In this document: positions 1 through 7,775 of the stretch, in pieces
How the letters are laid out: every line of letters starts with the position of its first letter
Position numbering within the stretch: the stretch's first letter is position 1
Assembly: GCA_942491865.1 (NCBI GenBank)
Contig: CALOCI010000004.1
Location: 789,713 to 853,712, forward strand
DNA: 64,000 nt
Source: an uncultured Thermodesulfobacteriota bacterium
GTDB taxonomy: Bacteria; Desulfobacterota_D; UBA1144; Nemesobacterales; UBA2774
Reading direction: 5' to 3'
The notes under the pieces: model-generated
The model's database searches: none
What the model was told of the DNA's origin: nothing
Seen by the model: the letters and a program-made list of their open reading frames with translations, nothing else
Position numbers and translations under genes: made by a program

Positions 1-269
1 TTGCTCCCTTCATATATCCATAATTTGGATGATATGATTCAATTAGAAATTTCAATTTACCGGAATTGTCATTAAGTTAGTAGAAAGTTTTCTTGGCAAC
101 TACAGTAAGTTGTTTCGTTTAGAACTGCTTTCCTCGACATGAATCTAACTACAAAAACTGCATTAAACTCTTTGAAAGCTTATTCTTAATGTAGAACAAT
201 ATACCAAAAATAGAAATAAGCAATATTCTAAAGGTCATATATTGATTATATCAAACTCGAAGTATGTAT

Positions 270-298
270 TTGACAGATAAAATCTAACAATATACAAT
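270..298 (+). promoter_or_regulatory. sigma70-type promoter: TTGACA (270-275), 17-bp spacer, TACAAT (293-298), upstream of the Fur-family gene
   Basis: Read directly. Consensus -35, exact 17-bp spacer, 5/6 match to the -10, about 45 nt upstream of the ATG at 347. Confidence 0.6.
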
Positions 299-316
299 TG
301 AGAATCTTTCTCAATT
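296..316. promoter_or_regulatory. Candidate operator: perfect 9-3-9 palindrome AATTGAGAA-TCT-TTCTCAATT overlapping the -10 and transcription start
   Basis: Both arms are exact reverse complements. The position on the promoter of a Fur-family gene fits autoregulation. Confidence 0.6.
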
Positions 317-346
317 AGAAATCATCTTAAAAATAGAGTTTATGTG

Positions 347-787
347 ATGGGTAAAGTGTTTTCGATCAGCAACTATAACGAAATAAAGGAAATTTTTCAT
401 ACAAAAGGGCTTAAATGTACGCCACAGCGTCAGGCTGTATTAAAAGTCCTTCAAGATAGTAAAGGCTATCTATCGATTAATAAAATTCACAGTAATGTAA
501 AAGAGCTTCTACCGGAAACAGGGCTCGCAACTGTTTACAGATCGCTCGAAACTCTTGTTGATCTTAATCTAGTGGTAAAGGTACATCTAGAAGACGGCTG
601 TCATAGCTATGCAATTGCACCCGAGGGACATCGCCACCCTATAGTTTGCACTGACTGTAACAGTGTTATCGAATACACCGAATGCCCTATGGAAGATCTA
701 TCTAAGAAAATATCAAAAGATACAGGGATACAAATTAATACTCATTTTCTTCAGTTATTCGGAACCTGTAAGGAATGTCAGGTATGA
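347..787 (+). CDS. Fur-family metalloregulator (Zur/Nur/Fur-like; metal specificity unresolved)
   Basis: N-terminal winged-helix 'CTPQRQAVLKVL'. 'EGHRHPIVCTDC' plus C-terminal 'GTCKEC' give the HxH and two CxxC pairs typical of Fur family. ATG at 347 sits one codon after the GTG at 344. Confidence 0.9.
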   Translation: MGKVFSISNYNEIKEIFHTKGLKCTPQRQAVLKVLQDSKGYLSINKIHSNVKELLPETGLATVYRSLETLVDLNLVVKVHLEDGCHSYAIAPEGHRHPIVCTDCNSVIEYTECPMEDLSKKISKDTGIQINTHFLQLFGTCKECQV

Positions 788-810
788 ACAATAGAGGAGA
801 TAATTAGAGA

Positions 811-1524
811 ATGTCTCATTTACACATACCAGATGGAGTGCTTCCGGGCTGGCTTGTTATGACTGGGTGGCTGCTCACAGCCCTGATTCTCGCATTTTCT
901 ATCTATAGAACCCGAAGCACAGAATTAAAGCGAAAAGTTCCTTTAATCGGCATTATATCGGCCTTGATGATCGTTTGCATGACAATCCCAATTGTTCCAA
1001 TTGCATATCATATTAATCTTAGCGTGATAGCCGGAATAATCTTAGGCCCGGCTGTGGCTTTTATTTCAATATTCATAGTTGATTTGATTATCGCAATGTT
1101 TGGCCACGGAGGAATAACTGTTGTTGGTTTAAACACCGTGGTAGTTGGGGCTGAAGCATTCATAGGCTTTTACCTATTTCAACTCTTCCTAGCGATAATT
1201 GGCAGAGATTCGATTATGTGGTCCTCTGGTCTATCAGCGGTTATTGCACTTATCATTAGCACTTCTATTTTAGTTGGTGTTGTTTATATGTCTCAGATCA
1301 ATCCTGAAATTGTTATTGGAATTGAGGGAGATCATCCGACGGAAGTTACTAGTGAAGCCAATATTCCAGATCAGCTTACTAAAGGAATAAATATAAAGAG
1401 CTTTGCAAAAACTATATTGATTCTATTGGGAATAGGGTGGCTATTAGAAGGGATAATTACGGCTTTTGTAATTAAATATGTGTCCCGAGTAAGGCCGGAC
1501 CTGATTTTATCCCAAAGGACATAA
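811..1524 (+). CDS. cbiM: ECF-type cobalt/nickel transporter substrate-capture component, CbiM/NikM family
   Basis: N-terminal 'HIPDG' signature, multi-TM protein, directly followed by CbiQ and CbiO. Confidence 0.85.
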   Translation: MSHLHIPDGVLPGWLVMTGWLLTALILAFSIYRTRSTELKRKVPLIGIISALMIVCMTIPIVPIAYHINLSVIAGIILGPAVAFISIFIVDLIIAMFGHGGITVVGLNTVVVGAEAFIGFYLFQLFLAIIGRDSIMWSSGLSAVIALIISTSILVGVVYMSQINPEIVIGIEGDHPTEVTSEANIPDQLTKGINIKSFAKTILILLGIGWLLEGIITAFVIKYVSRVRPDLILSQRT

Positions 1525-1534
1525 GGCTAAGTTT

Positions 1535-2335
1535 ATGGACGTTGCAATAATAGATTATTATGCAAATCATGGGACAAGTTTTCTTCATAAAGCTAAAGCC
1601 CTCTGGAAAATAGTGTTCACAGCACTCGTGATTGCGTCAATTATTCTTACAAACGAATTGTATATTCTGCTTGGGATATATATAACTCTAGTGACAATAG
1701 CTGTGTGGACCAAACTTCCTGTTAGCAAAATTATAATAATCGCTGCATATCCGGCAATATTTGCATTAATTTTTGCCTTTGCTGTTTGGAATGGAAGCTG
1801 GGTAAAGGCGGGAGTAATAATACTAAAAGCACTTGCCTCTGCACTTGCTATGGTTTTATTAATTGTAACGACTCCTTACCCCGATGTGTTTAATGTACTA
1901 CGTCCATTTTTACCAAGAGTAATCGCTGAAGGATTATTTGTTACCTATAGATCTGTATTTATTCTGCTTGAACTTACTGATGAGCTTATTAAAAGCTTAA
2001 AAGTAAGGGGCGGCCTAACGCGCAGAAAATATTTGAAAAATATTAAGAATTTCTCTTCAGGAATCGGACTTCTACTAGTTAAAGGCTTTGATTACTCAGA
2101 GAAGTTTTATGGAATGATGAACATAAGGGGATATGGCGGGAGAGTAACTACTCAGAGAACAAAAGCATCTATTAATAGAAATGACGTTTTGGCGATAAGT
2201 ATAGGACTCTTAATCTTTGCAATTACAATTACAACCCTTTTAGATAAAAGATTCCTAGAATTTAGTATCTACTTGGTGGCTTGCTCCATACTAGTATTAG
2301 TCATGTCATCAATTTACAAACAATTCGTTAGTTGA
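1535..2335 (+). CDS. cbiQ: ECF transporter transmembrane (T) component, CbiQ family
   Basis: Polytopic membrane protein of about 266 aa between CbiM and CbiO. Carries the Arg-containing coupling region 'KSLKVRGG...RRK'. Confidence 0.8.
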   Translation: MDVAIIDYYANHGTSFLHKAKALWKIVFTALVIASIILTNELYILLGIYITLVTIAVWTKLPVSKIIIIAAYPAIFALIFAFAVWNGSWVKAGVIILKALASALAMVLLIVTTPYPDVFNVLRPFLPRVIAEGLFVTYRSVFILLELTDELIKSLKVRGGLTRRKYLKNIKNFSSGIGLLLVKGFDYSEKFYGMMNIRGYGGRVTTQRTKASINRNDVLAISIGLLIFAITITTLLDKRFLEFSIYLVACSILVLVMSSIYKQFVS

Positions 2336-2344
2336 GGAATTAAT

Positions 2345-3202
2345 TTGGAAGAATTAGTCAAAGTAAGCAATTTAAAATTTAAATATCCAGATGGAACAGC
2401 CCTGGTGTTTGATGGACAGGAATTTACTGTCAATAAAGGCGAGAGAGTTGTTATTCTTGGTCCCAACGGAAGCGGGAAATCTACTTTATTATCTCTTCTT
2501 CTGGGATTATTAACATCATCAGAAGGTTATATTAGTGTTTTGGGAGTAGAACCGAGCAAAGACTATGAGAAAGTAAGGGAGAGAATAGGGGTATTGCTCC
2601 AAAACGTTGATCTTCAGATTATTGCTCCGAAAGTGAGTGAGGATATATCTTTTTCTCCGAGAAATTATGGATATAAACAGGAAGATATTGATAAACTTGT
2701 AGACGATATACTAATTAAGCTAGAGATAGAACACTTACGAGACAAGGTTCCTCACTATATGAGTGGGGGCGAAAAAGCCAAAGTTGGTATTGCAGGCGCA
2801 CTTGTTACAAAACCGGAGCTGTTAATATTGGACGAACCATTTGAACATATAGACCCAACTTGCAGGATGGAGCTAATTAATCTTTTAAACAATGTAAACA
2901 AAGAAAATGGAACGGCTATATTACTCTCAACTCATAATATGAACACTGTCCCTCTTATAGCAGATACCGTTTATCTGATCGCAGAGGGAGGGAAGATTGT
3001 GGGCAAGGGGACTCCTAAAGAAATTTTTTCTGAGATAGACAAACTCTCACAGTGTCATGTTGAACCTCCAATACTTGGATCCCTATTTTCTGAGCTTAAG
3101 AAACGAGGTATTGATCTCGATGTTTCACTTACTGTTGAGGAAGCTGCTTGTGCAATTGCAAATGAGATTGTATCCTTGAAAAAGAAGTCAGGTACAGTAT
3201 GA
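2345..3202 (+). CDS. cbiO: ECF transporter ATPase, CbiO family
   Basis: Walker A 'GPNGSGKST', signature 'MSGGEKAKV', Walker B 'LLILDEP'. TTG start. Confidence 0.9.
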   Translation: MEELVKVSNLKFKYPDGTALVFDGQEFTVNKGERVVILGPNGSGKSTLLSLLLGLLTSSEGYISVLGVEPSKDYEKVRERIGVLLQNVDLQIIAPKVSEDISFSPRNYGYKQEDIDKLVDDILIKLEIEHLRDKVPHYMSGGEKAKVGIAGALVTKPELLILDEPFEHIDPTCRMELINLLNNVNKENGTAILLSTHNMNTVPLIADTVYLIAEGGKIVGKGTPKEIFSEIDKLSQCHVEPPILGSLFSELKKRGIDLDVSLTVEEAACAIANEIVSLKKKSGTV

Positions 3203-3528
3203 AAAAAATTAGAGATTTGCAAAACAATGCTTTTTCCAGATTATTCATACCAGCCCTTGCTGTGCTGTTTGTATTTTCCTTAACTTTTCACAACCATTCA
3301 TTTTCAAGCACAACCACTGATGGTCTAGATTCACATTCTTCTGAAAAACATTCAATTGAGGATTGCTCTGCTTGTTTATTGCAAGGCAACTTACAACCAC
3401 CTGAAACAGGATTTTCCTTTAATAACAATAAGCTAGGTCTATTATTAACAACTATTAGTATTGATTTTATAGTCACAGATTCTTTCCTTAATATAGATAA
3501 GCCTTCCCGCGCGCCTCCAAGCGTATAA
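3199..3528 (+). CDS. Small membrane-anchored His/Ser-rich CxxC protein, translationally coupled to cbiO (function unknown)
   Basis: ATGA start/stop overlap with cbiO. N-terminal hydrophobic helix 'LFIPALAVLFVFSL', then 'HNHSF...HSSEKHSIEDCSACLL'. The antisense ORF 3288..3476 is shorter and has no context. Confidence 0.5.
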   Translation: MKKIRDLQNNAFSRLFIPALAVLFVFSLTFHNHSFSSTTTDGLDSHSSEKHSIEDCSACLLQGNLQPPETGFSFNNNKLGLLLTTISIDFIVTDSFLNIDKPSRAPPSV

Positions 3529-3582
3529 CCCAGCCATTTCTATTGGGAAAAGTTATTTACTCACAAATTACCATTTATAAGA

Positions 3583-3625
3583 GAACACAGTGTCCGTTGT
3601 TTAAGCACGCGTGTTCACTTTTCAT
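3583..3625 (+). terminator. Possible Rho-independent terminator after the cbi operon
   Basis: GAACAC (3583-3588) pairs with GTGTTC (3611-3616), plus an inner GTG/CAC, followed by 'acTTTTcaTT'. The stem is short. Confidence 0.3.
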
Positions 3626-3694
3626 TCCACATCTTTCCCAATAGGTATTAAGACCATATTTTTACATTTTCAATTATAAAATTGGAGGTCTGCT

Positions 3695-5095
3695 ATGAAT
3701 TTGAGTAGAAAATTTCTCATCTTAATTATATTTTCAATCATGTTCACTACATTGCTCAACTATGAAGCTCACAGTGAGGAAAGTAGTGATGTAAAAAAAG
3801 AATTAAAAGAACTCAGACAAATGATGGAGCAAATGGAACAAAAAATCGAAAACTTAGAAGAGCGGAATAGAGTTTTAGAACAGCAAGCGAATGATCAACA
3901 AGAGCCGGCAAAAGAGGAAACTATTGTTGTTGAGGAAGAAACAGATTTAACAGTTATAGAAGAGCCTGCTCAAGAAAGTCAAACCTTTTTCGGAAAAGCA
4001 CTTAACGCTTTTAATCCACAGATAAGCGTAATCGGCACATTTGCTGCTGCATATTATTCACAAGACGAGCCATTTGTCTTTGCTGAAAACGATCCTGAGA
4101 ATACTGGGGTTAACGTACAGGAAATAGAGGTTGGTTTTCAAGGGGTTGTAGATTCATTTTTCAGATATGACATGTTCTTATCCTTCAGCACCGAAGGAGT
4201 AGAGCTCGAGGAAGCCTATGGAACTACACTCTTTAGCTTGCCTTTGAATTCGCAGTTTAGAATAGGCCGTGCAAGAGCTAAGTTTGGAAGAATAAACCAG
4301 CTTCATAGACATGCTCAGGATTTTGTTACACTAGCTTTACCTGCAGCTCAGTTTCTTGGAGAGCATTTAAACCCAACAAGCATAGAAGCAAATTTCCTAG
4401 TACCAGTACCATGGTACTTAGAACTTAGCGCATCCGGTGGAAGCCCTGATGTTGAAACACCTACATTTGCTAGGGATGAGGATGCAAATGATTTAGGAAG
4501 ACTCCTATACATCTTTCACGTATCAAATTTCTTTGAATTATCTGAAGCATTAGGTGTAAGCTTGGGCGGATCATTTGCTACAGGTTCAAACGGTACTGCT
4601 GCCGGAGAGAGATCGAACCTCTACGGCATAGACCTGTATGCTAAATATCGACCTCTCAAAAATAACCCTTACCAAGAAATAACTTTTCAATCAGAGTTTA
4701 TGTATCTGGATGCTCAAACCCCTGAGGAAACACTTGAGAACTGGGGTTGGTACGCTCAATCAGTCTACCGATTTGCCAAGAGATGGAACGCAGGATTTAG
4801 GTTTGGGATAATCGATACAAATACGCCTGTTACAGAAGTTGAAGAAGATGGGGTAATTGAGCCCACAAATCTATTTGCCTCTATCAGAAATGAAGAAGGC
4901 GATGAAGAAGAAGCAATGCTTGGGCTACTGGGAAGAACTTACAGGATATCACCGATGCTGACATTTAATCCTAGCGAATTTTCTCAGATAAGACTTCAGT
5001 ATGATTACTTAAACCAGGACTTTGCAGAAAATCAGCATGCGATATTTTTACAGTTTCAATACGCTATTGGAGCACACGGCGCACATCCTTTCTAA
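3695..5095 (+). CDS. Putative outer-membrane beta-barrel (porin-like) protein with an N-terminal coiled coil, first gene of the znu cluster
   Basis: Signal peptide, heptad-like 'ELKELRQMMEQMEQKIENLEERNRVLEQQ', alternating beta-strand-like sequence, C-terminal '...GAHPF' with terminal Phe. GGAGG lies 6 nt upstream of the ATG. Confidence 0.6.
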   Translation: MNLSRKFLILIIFSIMFTTLLNYEAHSEESSDVKKELKELRQMMEQMEQKIENLEERNRVLEQQANDQQEPAKEETIVVEEETDLTVIEEPAQESQTFFGKALNAFNPQISVIGTFAAAYYSQDEPFVFAENDPENTGVNVQEIEVGFQGVVDSFFRYDMFLSFSTEGVELEEAYGTTLFSLPLNSQFRIGRARAKFGRINQLHRHAQDFVTLALPAAQFLGEHLNPTSIEANFLVPVPWYLELSASGGSPDVETPTFARDEDANDLGRLLYIFHVSNFFELSEALGVSLGGSFATGSNGTAAGERSNLYGIDLYAKYRPLKNNPYQEITFQSEFMYLDAQTPEETLENWGWYAQSVYRFAKRWNAGFRFGIIDTNTPVTEVEEDGVIEPTNLFASIRNEEGDEEEAMLGLLGRTYRISPMLTFNPSEFSQIRLQYDYLNQDFAENQHAIFLQFQYAIGAHGAHPF

Positions 5096-5121
5096 TAAGT
5101 CTAAAATAGGAGATTACAATT

Positions 5122-6099
5122 ATGAAAAGCTTTAAATCAATGAAACTAATTACAATAACTTTTGTTCTTATGTCGGTATTTTTATTGAGTCAAAATTCGG
5201 CAGCACAAGTCCAGATAGTTACGTCTGTTCCTGATTTTGCTTCTATAGCACAGGAAATAGGCGGAGAGAAAGTTGAAGTTTTTAGTCTTGCCAAGGGCTA
5301 TCAAGACCCACACTTTGTAGATGCTAAACCAATATTTATTACCAGGTTAAATCAAGCTGATCTTCTGGTTTATAACGGACTCGAAATGGAAATAGGTTGG
5401 CTGCCGATACTGATAACCGGTGCTAGAAATTCAGATATTTTGGCCGGTAACTCAAAGGGGCACTATAACGCCTCAAGTTCTATCAAAGAAAGACTCGAAG
5501 TTCACTCGGGTCCGATTGACAGATCGATGGGAGATATACATCCAGGGGGAAATCCACACTTTATGCTCGATCCGAATAATGGTATTCCAGTAGCTAGAGG
5601 GATAGCTGCAAGGCTTATACAGATTGATCCTGAGAATGCTGAATATTATGAAGATAATTTTAATGACTTCATAAATACACTCAAATTAAAAATATCTGAA
5701 TGGAATACAGAGCTTGCACCATATATAGGAACAGAAGTGGTAACCTATCATAAACTCTGGTCATATTTCTTAGACTGGGCTGGATTAAAGCTGGCTGGGA
5801 CAATTGAACCTAAGCCTGGCATACCTCCGTCTCCATCTCATGTGGCTGATCTAATCAAGAGAATGGAAGCTCTTGATGTAAAATTGGTCATAGCTGCCAA
5901 TTATTATCCACAAAAAACTCCTCAAATAATCGCGCAGAAGACAGGTGCGACTTTTGTAGCACTGCCGGCAATGGTTGAAGGCAGGGGAGGTATCAATACT
6001 TATTTTGATTTCATTGACACTCTAGTTGGTGAAATCACATCGGCCCTAAAAAACCAGACAGGTTCAATCAGCAAATCTGTGCCTTTAGACAAGGGATAA
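5122..6099 (+). CDS. znuA: Metal ABC transporter substrate-binding protein, ZnuA/TroA family (three-His, zinc-type ligand pattern)
   Basis: Signal peptide. 'QDPHFVD', 'GNPHFMLDP' and 'VTYHKLWSYF' motifs. Followed by the cognate ATPase and permease. Confidence 0.8.
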   Translation: MKSFKSMKLITITFVLMSVFLLSQNSAAQVQIVTSVPDFASIAQEIGGEKVEVFSLAKGYQDPHFVDAKPIFITRLNQADLLVYNGLEMEIGWLPILITGARNSDILAGNSKGHYNASSSIKERLEVHSGPIDRSMGDIHPGGNPHFMLDPNNGIPVARGIAARLIQIDPENAEYYEDNFNDFINTLKLKISEWNTELAPYIGTEVVTYHKLWSYFLDWAGLKLAGTIEPKPGIPPSPSHVADLIKRMEALDVKLVIAANYYPQKTPQIIAQKTGATFVALPAMVEGRGGINTYFDFIDTLVGEITSALKNQTGSISKSVPLDKG

Positions 6100-6122
6100 T
6101 ATAATTAGATAAATGTATAATG

Positions 6123-6166
6123 CTCCCGGACAGTTCTTCTTTTAAGAGGTCCGGGAGTTTTTATTT
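6123..6166 (+). terminator. Rho-independent terminator or attenuator between znuA and znuC
   Basis: CTCCCGGAC (6123-6131) pairs with GTCCGGGAG (6149-6157), followed by TTTTTATTT. Confidence 0.6.
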
Positions 6167-6188
6167 AATGTAAAATATTGCAAACAAG

Positions 6189-6902
6189 ATGACAGAACAA
6201 ATAAAGCTAGAAAACCTAGCCATAGGATATGAAAACGAAACATTTGTTGACTCTATTAATCTCTCTATAGAGGGCAATCAGTTTTGGGGAGTGCTTGGAC
6301 CAAATGGAAGCGGCAAAACCACACTTCTTAAAACAGTTTTGAATCTAACTCCCGCAATATCGGGCAACATAATACTCAATAATGACTTGATATTCGGATA
6401 CGTTCCGCAGAATGAAAAATTTGACCCTATTTTCCCAATCTCTGCCTGCGAGATGGTATCAATGGGAAGATATAGCAGAGTAAAAACTGGGAGTAAACTA
6501 GCCAAAACAGATATCGAAATTGTTGAAAGGTCGATGGAAAGTGTGGGGATTTCACATTTAAAAAACCGCACTTTCAGATCTCTATCCGGTGGAGAAAAAC
6601 AGCGCACACTGCTTGCACGTGCTATAGCCGGGGAGCCTCACATATTAGTTTTAGATGAGCCAACAGCATCTGTAGACATAAAGGGCGAGGCAGAAATTAT
6701 GGAGCTTGTCAAAAATATACAGACTGACAGCAAGCTTGCAGTTCTTATGGTTAGCCATTTCATAAGCACAGTGTCAAAATTCTCAGATCATTTAATACTA
6801 ATAGATAAAGATAGGAAGATATTTCAGTCTGGCACAAAAACTGAGGTACTACAGAAGGAAAGTCTGGATAAATTCTTCAGATTAAATATGGATCCGAACT
6901 AG
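6189..6902 (+). CDS. znuC: Metal ABC transporter ATPase (ZnuC-like)
   Basis: Walker A 'GPNGSGKTT', 'LSGGEKQR', 'ILVLDEPTASVD'. Confidence 0.85.
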   Translation: MTEQIKLENLAIGYENETFVDSINLSIEGNQFWGVLGPNGSGKTTLLKTVLNLTPAISGNIILNNDLIFGYVPQNEKFDPIFPISACEMVSMGRYSRVKTGSKLAKTDIEIVERSMESVGISHLKNRTFRSLSGGEKQRTLLARAIAGEPHILVLDEPTASVDIKGEAEIMELVKNIQTDSKLAVLMVSHFISTVSKFSDHLILIDKDRKIFQSGTKTEVLQKESLDKFFRLNMDPN

Positions 6903-6912
6903 TGGAATTAGA

Positions 6913-7773
6913 ATGGAAATATTAAACCAATTTATAAATAGTTCTTTCTTATGGCGCGATCCCATGATTGTCGGTGCTTTTACGGGTGCAATATGCGGAT
7001 TCCTGGGAGTTTATGTTGTGCTGAGGAGAATAATATTTGTAAGTGCAACGCTAACTCAAATCTCAAGTTTTGGAGTAGCTCTATCATTTTATCTTGAGAG
7101 TATTGGGCTTGCAGTATTTGCAAGTTTGATAGGACCATTCCTTCTATCCTTGATATTAACCATGATAGCTGCCGGATTTTATGCTCTTAAAAGAGATTTC
7201 TCTCGTATAAGCCGTGAAGGTGTGATTGCATTTGGATTCTTAATAGCATCAGGCGGAGTGATAATATTAGGAGATAGAATTGCTAAAGGCGCTCACGATA
7301 TATCAACCATACTTTTTGGAAGCGCTGTTGTTGTAGACCCAGTTGATGTTTATTTAATCCCTGGAGTTGCGATCTTGACGTTTGTTATTCATCTCATCTA
7401 CTACAAGGATTTCATATTTGTGTCTTTTGATACAGAGTCAGCAACATTATTTAAATATCCGGTCAGAAAATTAAATACTCTATTGCTAATTACAGTAGCA
7501 TTAGTTGTTGCAGTATCAACCAGAGCTTTAGGAGCATTGCCGGTCTTTGCTTTATTGGCGCTACCCCCACTTGCGTCACTCTATTTGACTGAAAACTTAA
7601 AGCTAGTATTTCTTTTTTCAACAATTATAGGAACACTATCTGCAACACTTGGATATTTTTTCTCTTTCGTACTATCCATCCCAACAGGGGCTTCCATAGC
7701 AGTTTGTGCATCAGTATTCTTTGTATTAGCTCTATTGTGGCAAGGAATAAACTATAAAAAAAGCAGGAGTTGA
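6913..7773 (+). CDS. znuB: Metal ABC transporter permease, ABC-3 family (ZnuB-like)
   Basis: Polytopic 286-aa membrane protein immediately after znuC. Confidence 0.85.
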   Translation: MEILNQFINSSFLWRDPMIVGAFTGAICGFLGVYVVLRRIIFVSATLTQISSFGVALSFYLESIGLAVFASLIGPFLLSLILTMIAAGFYALKRDFSRISREGVIAFGFLIASGGVIILGDRIAKGAHDISTILFGSAVVVDPVDVYLIPGVAILTFVIHLIYYKDFIFVSFDTESATLFKYPVRKLNTLLLITVALVVAVSTRALGALPVFALLALPPLASLYLTENLKLVFLFSTIIGTLSATLGYFFSFVLSIPTGASIAVCASVFFVLALLWQGINYKKSRS

Positions 7774-7775
7774 TA

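Noticed and set aside
811-1524. Reading CbiM as a fused Nik(MN) protein because of the extra C-terminal helix
   Set aside because: At 237 aa the protein is normal CbiM length, and fused NikMN proteins are substantially longer. The last helix is probably the regular TM7, so only the hydrophilic insert is unusual.
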